A stretch of DNA of 64,000 nucleotides, from the NCBI GenBank assembly GCA_013265495.1, contig MU062951.1, forward strand, positions 806,001 to 870,000. Reading direction: 5' to 3'. A program made the position numbers and the translations under genes. This document shows, one piece after another, positions 1-11,800 of the stretch (position 1 is the first letter of the stretch; each line of letters starts with the position of its first letter). This stretch comes from Vicugna vicugna (lineage: Eukaryota). A model generated the notes under the pieces. It saw only the letters and a program-made list of their open reading frames with translations. It made no database searches and was not told the DNA's origin.

Positions 1-830
1 TTCCCTTGCAAACTCCATTCAGAGGCCGTCAGGGCGGGCAGGACGCACCCGACCGCCTGCGTTCCTTCGCGGTGACTCTAGGGGAGGGACGGTCGAAAGG
101 GGCAGGGGTAGAACTGAGAGGACCCTGCTCCTCCGCAGCAGCCACCTCCGGCCCCGGGGGTGATCGCACACCCCCAGCCAGCCGAGGGGCGTGCGCCTGG
201 GGCGCTGGCCAGGCCCGAGTGGGACTCCCGGTACCTGCCCGCCCCGCCCGGCTCCAGGGCACCCCTGCGGGTTCACAGCCCTACGCGCTGCCCACCGCCC
301 CCAGATCAGGGCGTGGCCGCCGAGGGGCGGGGCCGCCGAGGGGAGGGGCCTGAGTGGGTTTAAACCGGGAGGCGCCGGGCGCAGGCGGAAGAGCGAACCG
401 AGGAACTGCATTCGGAGCGTTGGGGGCTCAGTCCGGGCAGGTGGGACACCCAGGCCGCGGCCTTGAGGGGGCGGCCCCAGAGCAAAACTGAAACTCCTGC
501 CCCGGCGCTCGGCCTGGGGCCTGCGGAGGCTGGGGTGGGGGCGCAAGGCGCCCGGAGGTGGCCGGGGGTTCTGGGCCCAGGCAGGCTGAGGCCCGGGCTG
601 AGCGGGGCTGCTGCGGCTCGGCTCCCTGCCTACTAGCGCTGGTGAGCGAGGGTGCTGGCAGCCACCCCCAAGCTTGGGACACAGGTGGGAAAAGTGGCTC
701 CCCGCATGGGCGTGGGCGCGGTGGCTCACGGAGGTGGGGTCTCGCTTGCCCAGCGGTTTCCCGGCAGGACTGGTGCGCCGTCCTGGGTGGGGCCCTGCAG
801 GTCCGATTTCTCCCTGCCTGCCCCCTGCCC
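1..830 (+). promoter_or_regulatory. EPPK1: CpG island / likely EPPK1 promoter with non-coding first exon (about 390-440)
   Basis: CpG-dense; GC box GGGGCGGGGC at 324-333, TATA-like TTTAAA at 359-364, candidate donor CAG|GTGGGA at 440/441. The matching acceptor (CCCTGCAG) ends at 5818, just before the EPPK1 ATG. Exon 1 limits are inferred. Confidence 0.55.
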
Positions 831-3800
831 TGCAGAGCGGGAAGGAGGAGGGGACATTTGCAGCTGGAGCGAGCCAGAGCACCTGGGGCGCAAGGCAATC
901 AGGCTGACAAATGGAGAAAGCGGGTCCGCTCCTGGCCGCCTCGCGGCGGGCGACGGAGGCCGGCGCTCACCCGCCGAGGGAGTTACCCGCTGAGGGGGGT
1001 GGGGCACAGGGACCATCTGCAGACCCTTGGGAGGTGGAGGTGGGAGGGGCTCTGCCCGCCAGGCCCCACCCTTCGTGGGTCGGCTTTCTCTCTTACCTGC
1101 CCATCACCCCAAGTTTCTCTCAGGTTACCGACCTTTGCCCATCAGCATGCAGAGCAGGCGGGCGGAATCTTTCCGATGCTGCCCGAGGTGGAGCCAGGGC
1201 CATGGTCACTGCCTCCCTGTGTGGGCCTGAGGCAGCCTGGCCGTCTGGTTCTGTTCTTATCTGGCTCAGGTGGACAACCAGACAACCGCCGCCCGGCTCC
1301 CAGCCCAGATGGAGTTGGGGGCCTGCCCTTCAGGGCAGGTGGCACCCCCTCCCAAGGGATGCAGATCCACCCTCCTCAGGAATTGCCGTCCCACCCTTTG
1401 TCACCAGGGTCCACCTTAGGTGGGGCCACTCCCAGGAAGCCACAGGAGGGACCTGCCTTCCTTTTCAAATTTCCTTCATGGTCCTGGGAAATCTGTTCCG
1501 CCTCCCTCCCTCCCCAAGCCAGGAGGCCACCAGCCCCTTTGGCCACACAGCAGTGCTACTTCTGCTAGTGGCCACCTGCCTGGGACACCTATGTTTTGGC
1601 TTCTATGAGATTGGGCTTGCCTGGGTTCCCTCCCCCGCCCCAGGTCGCAGACGCCCCTCACATGTCCTGGTCTGTCTCTCCGAAGCTCTAGACCCCTGTG
1701 TCCAGCTGCTTCTCCAGGGTCCCCTCTTCAGACTCAAGGCACCTGCTCCCAGAACAGTTCCCGTGTCCTGCCTGGTCCAGGACCAGGCAGGCTCGTACCT
1801 GGTCCAAGGTCACCGCTGACCAATCCGGCGGTGGCCCAGCTGCATCCGGCTCGCTCCCGGGCACGGGCCTCTCCTAGCCCCTGCCCCCTGCCCCCTGCCC
1901 CCAGGCCCTCCCGCCCCCAGCCCCTCCCTCCCATGAGTCCCTTTTGTGTAGGGCCTGAGCCTCCTGCTCACTGAGCTTATGCCAACTGCTCTGGTTTTCC
2001 TGTCCAGGCGCAGCTGCTCCCCAGCACAGCACGGCACCTCTGGGCTCTGGGCAGGCTGCCCATGTCCAGCCAAGGGCCACCCGTGTCCAGCCAATGGCCA
2101 CCCACAGCTGTGCCCACTCGTCTGCTCCTGCAGCCCCTGTGGGCCAGAATCCATTGCCCACCTTGCTGGGTAGTGAAGGGCCTCTCTTCCCTCACACCTT
2201 GGTTTCCTGCCAGACGTCAGGTGACTGGCTCACTGCTGCAGCCACCCTGGTGGCAGCACTGTTACCTGGTGGTCCTGCCGAGACCAAGGCGAGGCTCCCT
2301 CTGGCTCCCAAACCCTCTGAAAGCAACTCTGGCACAAAGGTAGCTTTACAAAGGAAGCACCGGTCTCCGGGGGAAGGCGGGCAGCTCAGCACACGTCCAG
2401 GCCCGTTTCCAGAAGCAGAGCCTGACACGGTCTTGGCAGGGGTAGTGCCTGCAGAAGGGAGGAGAGGAGGCAGATGGCAGAGGGACACGCTGGCCTGTGG
2501 TGCCATGTCACCCACTCCTGGGAGGAGGTCAGGGCAGCCCTGCATCCACCACAGTCACGCTGTGTCCTGGAACCCTGCTCCCGGGCACCCCCTCCCCCGA
2601 CTCTCTCCCTGGGAAACGCAGGAGAAAGGGAGCAGGATGGGCCCCAGCCCCTGCCACCACCGCCATGGGTCTCGGGCGCACCGGGCACTTGTGGGCTTCT
2701 CTGTGATCCCCACCGTCACTCCCCTCACTCCCCCGCACCTTGACACGTGTGCTCACCCTGGTGGGAGCAGCCCCTCATCCCTGAGGCTGCCTCTCAGGCC
2801 AGGGTGGCTGCACCTATCCATTTGCTGTCAGAACCAGGCAGGGAAGGGTCTGCGTGGGCCCCCCTGGCACAGCCCCTGCCCCGACCCATCACAGACCCCC
2901 TCCTCCTGTGGTCAGGTCAGCTCCCCTGCTGGGCAGGTCCCTCCTCTGGCCTCTTGGTCCTGGACTCAAGGAGCCAGAGTGCCCTGGTAGAGGCGGTGGC
3001 CTTCAGCTAAGTGGGACCGTTGCTGTGTCCCCCGGCAGAAGCAGTCTTCCTTGGGGCCTAGGACGTCCAAACCCACTGACCCTGGAGCTGCAGAACAGGA
3101 CAAGGAGCCTGGGCTCTGGTGGGTCACTGGGTGGGTGGGGAGGCATGCCTGCTCCCATCCCTGGTCCCTGGACCCGTGTAGCCTACTTGTGGGACAGAGT
3201 ACTGGCACTTCCTGGAGTAGCATGTCCCAGGGCCAGGGGCTGCCTGTGAGCCCCCAGCAGCCTCCTGTAGCGCCTCAGCCTGCCCTGTGCGCTCCGGAGC
3301 CTCTCCCCTGGCCACCACGAGGCCCCAGGGGTCCAGCTGGTCACTTGAAGCCTTTTGGGATCTTTTCCAAAGCCTGGGTCTTCACAACTCTGCTCTTCCC
3401 CCATCCGATGCCCTCGTCCCCATCCTCTCAAAGGCCTAATGTCTTGCCCCGAGGGCACTGCCCTGTGAGGCCTGCTCACCTCAGCAAAGCTGAATAATTG
3501 TGGTGCTTCCTGGAGTCCAGCTGGTGGGGCGGCGGCCCCTCCAAAGCCCGCCTCCGTGCCGCCCAGTCCTGGCATAACTCTGAGCCAGGAGTCAGCTGCA
3601 GGCAGCAGCAGGAGGCTTGGGCCCAGCGTCTGGACAGGGAAGGGAGGGAGCAGGGTTTTGCCAGGGGTCTCAGCAGGCAGCCCCAGGGCTGTGAGCCCTA
3701 AGTGCAGCCCAGGAAGCGGGACTTGGGGCGAGGCAGCTCCGCCGAGGGGCAACAGTGAGGGCTGTGTGCTGAGTGTCCCCCGTGAGGTGAGGCTGAGTCC

Positions 3801-4644
3801 TGCCGTTCTGAGTGGGGTCTGGGCAGCGTCTGAAAATGTTCATCCTGCCAAGCCTGTGTGCCCTCGGCCCTGGCTTCATGCTGGCAGCAGGGGCCTCTGT
3901 CCCCTGCACAGCCCCAGCCGCTGAGATCTTCCCAGGGAGGTCTCAGCTCCCTGCCCTGTGTTCACTGCTGACCCACTGCTCCAGAGGCTGGGGGGCAGCG
4001 GGGAAGACTGGCCCGTGCACTGTGAGGCCACGGCCACAGATGCAAGATGGGCCGGAAAGTGAGCACCTATCGTGTGGCCAGCCATGGGGAGAAAGGGGCC
4101 TTGGGAGGGGTTAGGGTTCAGGCTCTGCAGAGTAGGCGGGGGTAGCTGCCCATAGCTTGTGGCTGTGGGGGTGCCACATAGCTTGAGGCTCCCTGTGAGA
4201 CTGCTGGGCACCGGTGTCCAGGAGACAGCTGGACATGTGGCTCCGCACCTCCAGGACAGGCTACAGTCAGCATTGCTCTCTGATTTAATGGGGAAACGGA
4301 GACGGAGCAGAACCCTCTCACCAGGGAGAAGGATCCCCACACCCCATGACCCGGAGGTTGGGGCAGTCAAATCCAAAATGCATTTGTTGAGTTTGGCAGC
4401 TGGAGTCTGAGGTTAACGCAGCAAGAGCTTTGGAGTGGGGGCGAGGGCAAGCGGGGCCTGAGCCCTCTCCCCCGACCCCGCACGGGGTGTGGGAGTCCCA
4501 GGAGTGGCTCTGGGGAGCCGGTCGGGAGGTGAGGACAGGTGTGGACAGGCGCCCGAGCCGACTCCTGTGCCAGCAGGGGAGGAGGTGTAGACTTGGACCA
4601 GGGGCTGTGGGTGTGGTTCTGTGGAAACAAGGAGTGGACTGATT

Positions 4645-4992
4645 CCCGGGGCTGGGGCGGGAACAGTTACCACAGCCTGGGGGGCTTCGAACAACAGAAA
4701 CTTAATTTTCCCACAGTTGAGAGGCCAGAATCTGAAATCGATGCTTCTAGCATTTGATGGCGATGCTGGAGTCCATGGCTCCAGTCCACTTCTGTCAGCT
4801 GAGTGCTCTCCCAGCCTCTGTCTTCCTCTGAGGACACAGTCACGTTGGAACAAGGCCCTCCCTACTCTAGCGTGATCTCACCTTAACTTAGTTGTATCGC
4901 AAAGACTCTGTTTCCAAATAAGATCACAGTCATAGGTACTGGAGGTTAGGACTCTGACATGTCTTTTGGGAGACGTGATCTAACCCAGCATA
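4645..4992 (-). mobile_element. MLT1-type (MaLR) solo LTR fragment in EPPK1 intron 1
   Basis: Recognisable MLT1 blocks (AACAACAGAAACTTAATTTTCCCACAG; GCAAAGACTCTGTTTCCAAATAAGATCACA; GGAGGTTAGGACT). Subfamily not determined. Confidence 0.7.
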
Positions 4993-5871
4993 GAAGGGAT
5001 CAGGCCAGAAGGTAGCGGAGGCTGGCATGCAGTTGCCGTAGGGGGACGGAGAGTAGGCTCCTGTCAGCGCTGCTCAGAGATTCAGGGCACACAGCTGTCT
5101 GCTCAGCCCTTAGCTCCTGGCAGGACCCGCACACAGGCACTGAGTCTGGTCATCCAGGGCCCCAAGGCCCAATGTGGGCACAGAGAGGCTATCGCCTAGT
5201 GGCCATGGGGCCTGGGTGGGCAGAGGGGGACACAAGGCCAGGCTGAGGTGGGAGACCTTAAGGGGTCAGAGGGCAGGGATCTGGCTGAAGCCCAGTGGGG
5301 ATCCGGGAGGGAGCAGAGGCCGGAACAGTGGTGGGTCCAAGTAGAGGACCCTGGGAACAGGAGGGGGAGCACCAAGGCGGTGCTGGTGTCCGCAAATCCT
5401 TGGAGGCCACTCAAGGGGTGGTGGGGCCTTTGGGGAGCCAGGACGAGGGCCAGTGGTTGGGAGATGTGGGCGCTGAGGCCCAAGTTGTTGGAGGGAGCCA
5501 CAGCCCAGGGGGCCAGGGCTGAGCCCCTGCACCAGGACCCTGGGGGGAGGAGGCAAGGGCGTGGGCTGAGGTGGAGGCCAGAGGAAGGCCTACAGGTGAA
5601 AACAGAGGCTGCGCTTCCCCAGAGACTACCCTGTGCTCACGGGGTCCCTCCTGGGACCTGCAGGGCAAAGGGAGGGACTGAACTGGATGCCAAGCCTCCT
5701 GACCCAGGAGGGCCCAGGTGGCGGGTCCAAGGCCTGGAGTTGACTCCCAGCCTAGGCCTTCCCTCCCACCCGCCCTACCATCACAGGAACCCTAACAGCA
5801 TCTTCCTATCCCCTGCAGGGAGCGGACAGTGGACCTCGATTGAGTGAGTTCTGCATGACCTCTCAGGCACC

Positions 5872-8800
5872 ATGAACGGCCACGCTTCTCCTCCTCTTGA
5901 CGTCCTGGTCACCAGTAACACTGAGCCAGCCATTGTCCCCAAGACCACAAAGGCCACATTGGGAGCTGGCATCCACTCTGGGCCTCAGGCCAAGGCAGTC
6001 ATGTCTGCCCAGGCCCAGAGCATCGCCGGGGTGTACGTGGAGGCCTCGGGCCAGGTCCATAGTCTCTACGCTGCCATGAAGCAGGGTGTCCTGCCCTTTG
6101 GGCTCGGGCTGGCTCTGCTGGAGGCCCAGGCGGCCACTGGGGGCCTGGTGGGCCCCGCCCAGGGCTGGCCGCTGTCTGTGTCTGATGCCCTGCAGCAGGG
6201 CTTGGTGGGCCTGGAGCTGAAGGAGAGGCTGCTGGCCGCTGAGCGTGCGGTCACTGGCTACCCTGACCCCTATGGGGGTGGGAGTCTGGCCCTTTTTCAG
6301 GCCATTGGGAAGGAGATGGTGGACAGGGCACTGGGGTGGAACTGGCTGGAGGCCCAGCTGGCCACTGGGGGTCTGGTGGATCCCACCCAGGGTGTGCGTG
6401 TGGCCCCTGAGTTGGCCTGCCAGCAGGGCCTCCTGGACCAGGAGGCGTGGCACGTCCTGTCAGAGTCTGGGCCCGACTCGGGTGCCCCAGGCTTCCTGGA
6501 CCCCAACACGCTAGAGCAGCTGCCGTACCGCGAGCTGCTGGGGAGGTGTGTGCGGGCCCCCAGCACGGGGCTGGCCCTGCTGCCCCTCAAGACCACTTTC
6601 CGCACCCTAAGCGGAGCGGTGAGCTTGGCCGAGCTGCTGGAGGTGGGGGTCCTGGATGAGGGGACAGCCCGAGGCCTGCGGGAGGGCAGGCTGGCAGTGC
6701 CGGATGTGAGCACCCGCGCTGAGGTGCAGCGCTACCTGCAGGGCACAGGTGGTGTGGCAGGGGTGGTCCTGCTGCCTGCAGGCCTCAAGAAGAGCTTCTT
6801 CCAGGCTGTTGCCGAGCACCTGCTCCCCATGGGCGCCATGTTCCCACTGCTGGAGGCTCAGGCTGCCACCGGCACCCTGGTGGACCCAGCTACTGGCCGA
6901 CACCTGTGGGTGGATGAGGCAGTCAGGGCAGGCCTGGTGGGCCCAGAGCTCCACAGGCAGCTCCTGGCGGCAGAGCAGGCAGTGACAGGATACCATGATC
7001 CCTTCACTGGCACCCGCATCCCCCTCTTCCAGGCCATGAAGAAGGAGCTGGTAGACAGGCCTCTGGCGCTGAGGCTCCTGGATGCCCAGTTGGCCACAGG
7101 TGGGCTCGTGTGTCCTGCCCGCAGGCTCCGGCTGCCCTTGGAGGCTGCCCTGCGCTTTGGTTGCCTGGACAAAAAGACGCAGCAGTGTCTCCTGCTGGCC
7201 ACTGGCTTTTCAGACCCTGGCACACAGGAAAACCTCAGCTATGGGCAGCTGCTTGCCCGCTGTGTCACCGACCCAGAAACGGGGCTGGCCTTCCTGCCCG
7301 TCTTAGTGGGGAGCTTTGGAGAGGAGCCGCAGGGACCCCCATTCATTGAGCACAGCACCCGGCAGGCCCTGAGTGCTGCTGTGGCCACCATCTCTGTGGG
7401 CAAGTTCCAGGGCCGGCCTGTGTCACTCTGGGAGCTGCTCTTCTCCGAGGCAGTCCCCGTGGAACAGAGGGTGGCGCTGAGCCAGCAGCACAGGGACGGG
7501 ACCCTCTCGGTGGAGGAGCTGGGAGCTGTGCTGAGGGCCACCCTCGAGCAGGCTGCAGCCACATCCAGGAACACTTTTGCTGGGCTGAGGGTCCCCGTGA
7601 CTCCAAGAGAGCTGCTGACAGCGGAGATCATCAACCAAGACATGTACGAGCAGCTGGAACGAGGACAGACCACAGCGCAGGATGTGGGCAGCCTGGACTC
7701 CGTGCAGAGGTACTTGCAAGGCACTGGCTGTGTGGCCGGCCTGCTGCTGCCTGGATCCCAGGAGCAGCTCAGTGTCCATGAGGCTTGTAGGAGGGGACTC
7801 CTCAGACCCGGCACGGCCCTTATCCTCTTAGAGGCACAGGCAGCCACGGGCTTCATCATCGACCCAAAAGAAAACAAGAAGTATTCAGTGGAAGAGGCGC
7901 TGAGGGCTGGCGTCATAGGGCCCAGCGTGTATGCAAAGCTGCTGTCGGCCGAGCGTGCTGTCACCGGCTACAGTGACCCCTACACGGGGGAGCGGATCTC
8001 CCTGTTCCAGGCCATGAAGAAGGGCCTGATCGTCAGGGAGCACGGCATCCGCCTGCTGGAGGCCCAGATCGCCACGGGCGGCGTCATCGACCCGGTGCAC
8101 AGCCACCGCGTGCCTGTGGACGTGGCCTTCCAGCGTGGCTACTTTGACCAGACGCTGAAGTTGATTTTGGCAGACCCTAGCGACGACACCAAGGGCTTCT
8201 TCGAGCCCAACACGCATGAGAACCTCACCTACATGCAGCTGCTGGAGCGCTGTGTGCGCGACCCCAACACAGGGCTCCACCTTCTGCCACTCACGCGCAC
8301 GCGGCCCCAGCTGGTGGATGGCACCACCAGGCAAGCCCTCCAGAGCCTGCTGTTGTCAGTGAGGCACGGGCGGTTCCGGGGACAGAGGGTTTCTGCCTGG
8401 GAGCTGATCAACTCGGAATGTTTCAGTGAGGATAGGAGGCGGAGGCTCCTGCAGGACTACCGGCTGCACAAGGTCTCACTGGAGCAAGTCTCAAAGCTGC
8501 TGGAGAGAGAGATGGAGAGGTGGGCAGATATCATGCTGCCCACTCTGCGGGGCCAGGTTACTGCCTACCAGCTCCTGGAGGCCCACATCATTGACCAGGA
8601 GCTCCTGGACCAGGTGCTGTCGGGGGCAGTGAGCCCCGAGGCCCTGCTTTGCATGGACAGCGTCCGCAGGTATCTGCGTGGATCGGGGGCCGTGGGTGGC
8701 GTGATGCTGCAGCCCTCCAACCAGCGTCTCAGCCTCTACCAGGCCATGAAGCAGAAGCTGCTGGGGCCAGGGGTGGCCCTGGCCCTGCTGGAGGCCCAGG

Positions 8801-11800
8801 CAGCCACCGGAGCTATTACTGACCCCTGCAGTCTGGAGACTATGTCTGTGGGCGAGGCCGTGCGCAGGGAGCTGGTGGGGCCAGAGCTCTACAGCAGGCT
8901 GAGACAAGCCGAGGACGCTGTCACCGGCCTTAGAGACCCCTTCTCTGGGGAACGAGTGTCCCTTTTCCAGGCCATGAAGAAGGGTCTTGTCTCTGTGGAG
9001 CAGGCTGTCCGCCTCCTGGAGGCCCAAGTGGCCACGGGAGGGGTCATTGACCCCAGGGGCCACCACCACCTCCCAATGCCCGTGGCCACACAGCGTGGCT
9101 GTATTGACCAGGACATGGAGGTGGCTTTGTCTAGCTCTGAGACCTTCCCCACGCTGGATGGCCGGGGACACACCAGCTACGCCCAGCTTCTGGAGCAGTG
9201 TGTAAGGGACGAGGCGTCCGGCCTGTACCTCCTGCCCCTGCCAGAAGATGCTCCTGCGATCCCCACGGACAAGCAAGTCCAGGAGACCCTAAAGGCCACT
9301 CAGGGGACTGAGGACGGCATGTCCCTCTGGGAGCTGCTGGGCTCCTGCCACTTCACTGAGGAGCAGCGGAGGGGCCTCCTGGAGGACTTCAGGGCGGGGA
9401 GGACTACGGCGCAGCAGCTGCGGGCAGCCGCGCAGAGGTGGGTGCAGGAGGCGGAGCTCCTGGCGCAGGCCCGCATCACCCTGCCTGGCCCGCGGGGCAG
9501 GGTGCCTGCCGTCTGGCTGCTGCACGCCGGCGTCATCACCCGGGAGACCCTGGAGGCGCTGGTCCAGGGTGCGTGGTCGCCTCTTGAGGTCGCTGAGCAG
9601 CCTGCTGTGCGGGCCTGCTTGTGGGGCACAGGCTGCGTGGCCGGGGTGCTGCTGCCGCGCTCGGGCGCCAAAGTGAGCATTGCCCAGGCCATGGAGGACA
9701 GCCTCCTGCCTGCTGGCCTGGGTCAGAGACTGCTGGAGGCCCAGGTGGCATCTGGCTCTCTCATTGACCCTCTGACCAGCCAGAGACTGTCGGTGGAAGA
9801 TGCAATCAAGGCCGGCCTGGTGCCCGGGACATTGAGTGAGCAGCTCCAGCAGGTGGAGAGGGCAGTGGCCGGGTACACGGACCCCTGCTCGGGGGGCTCC
9901 CTCTCCCTGTGGCAGGCTGTGGAGAAAGGGCTCATGCCCCAGAGCGAGGGCTTCCCCCTCCTGCAGGCACAGCTGGCCACAGGGGGTGCAGTGGACCCCG
10001 TCCACGGGGTGCACCTGCCCGAGGCGGCAGCCTGCAGACTTGGCCTCCTGGATGAGCAGACGAGCAGGGTGCTGACCTCACCAGATGAGGACAACAAGTT
10101 CTTCTTTGACCCCAGCACGCGGGACAAGGTGACATACGGGCAACTCAAGGAGCGCTGTGTTTCAGATGCCAACACCGGCCTGTGGCTGCTGCCGCTCCCT
10201 GAGGACACGGCACTAGAGTGGGACAAGCACACGGTGGTGGCCCTGAGGGCCATGAAGGTGCCTGTCAGCACAGGGAGGTTCAGAGGCCTCAGCATGTCAC
10301 TCTGGGACCTGCTACACTCAGAGTATGTTAGTGTCCACAGGCGGCGGGAGTTGGCAGCACTCTGCCAGTCTGGGAGGGCCACAGCACTGCGGCAAGTGGT
10401 CAGCGCAGTCACTGCCCTGGTGGAGGCCTCAGAGCGGCAGCCCTTGCGGGCCGCCTTCAGAGGGCTCCGGAAACAGGTGTCGGCCAGGGACCTGTTCAGG
10501 TCCCAGCTGATTGACAAAAAGACGTTGCATGACCTGAATGAGGGGAGGAAGACGGTGCAGGAGGTGATGGAGATGGACAGCGTGAAGCCGTTCTTGGAAG
10601 GAGGCAACTTCATAGCCGGGGTCCTTCTCCAGGACACAAAGGAGAGGATGAGCATCGCAGAGGCCCTGAGGAGACATGTCCTGCGGCCCGGCACAGCCCT
10701 GGTGCTGCTGGAGGCACAGGTGGCCACCGGCTTCCTCATCGACCCCTTGGAGAACCGGAAGCTGACTGTGCAGGAGGCATTCAAGGCTGGGATGTTCGGC
10801 AAGGAAACCTACCAGAAGCTGCTGTCGGCTGAGCGCGCCGTCACTGGCTACACCGATCCCTACACTGGGGAGCAGATCTCCCTGTTCCAGGCCATGAAGA
10901 AGGACCTGATCGTCAGGGAGCACGGCATCCGCCTACTGGAGGCCCAGATCGCCACGGGTGNNNNNNNNNNNNNNNNNNNNNNNNNNNNNNNNNNNNNNNN
11001 NNNNNNNNNNNNNNNNNNNNNNNNNNNNNNNNNNNNNNNNNNNNNNNNNNNNNNNNNNNNNNNNNNNNNNNNNNNNNNNNNNNNNNNNNNNNNNNNNNNN
11101 AACCTCACCTACATGCAGCTGCTGGAGCGCTGCGTGCGCGACCCCGACACGGGGCTCTACTTGCTGCAAGTCGTAAAGAAAGGAGAGGCATACGTGTATA
11201 TTGATGAAGCCACGAAGCAAGTTCTGCAATCCAAAACAACCACAATGCATGTGGGGCGGTTTGCCAATCAGATGGTCTCCTTCTGGGACCTGTTGACCTC
11301 TCAGTACTTCACTGAGGACAGGAAGAGAGAGCTTGTCCAGGCATACAGAGCCCAGAACGTGAGCCTGGAGCAGTTGCTGGAGATCATCGTCACGACGGTC
11401 AAAGAAACAGAAAAGCAAAACCAGGTGATCAAGGTGGCAGCCATTGGTGGGGAGGTGACAGCTGCAGAGTTATTCAACTCAGGAATCATCGATAAAAAGA
11501 CCCTGGATACTCTGCACCCAGGGGACAGTGCAGGGCAGGCCCTCCGCAACCTGGAGCCTGTAAAGGCCTACCTGGATGGCAGGGGCTGCATTGCCGGTGT
11601 GATCACACCATCTACCCAGGAGGTCCTGAGCATGTACGAGGCCGGCAGGAAAGGACTCGTGCCAGCAGCGTTCGTGGCTCACCTACTAGAGGCGCAGGCA
11701 GCCACAGGGTTCATGCTGGACCCTCACAGCCACCAGAGGCTCTCTGTGGATGAGGCTGTGGCTGCTGGCCTGGTGGGCGAAGACCTGCAGGAAAGGCTCC

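Noticed and set aside
1875-1932. (CTGCCCC)n C-rich tract, and short duplications at 2063-2104 and 60550-60585
   Set aside because: Ordinary slippage-type low-complexity sequence with no link to a feature.
3141-3150. p53/p63 element AGGCATGCCT in EPPK1 intron 1
   Set aside because: Only one half-site, no adjacent second decamer; expected by chance.
1-5800. Many 60-330 aa ORFs in EPPK1 intron 1 and the CpG islands
   Set aside because: Pro/Gly/Arg/Ala-rich, low-complexity, no domains; expected from stop-codon scarcity at this GC content.
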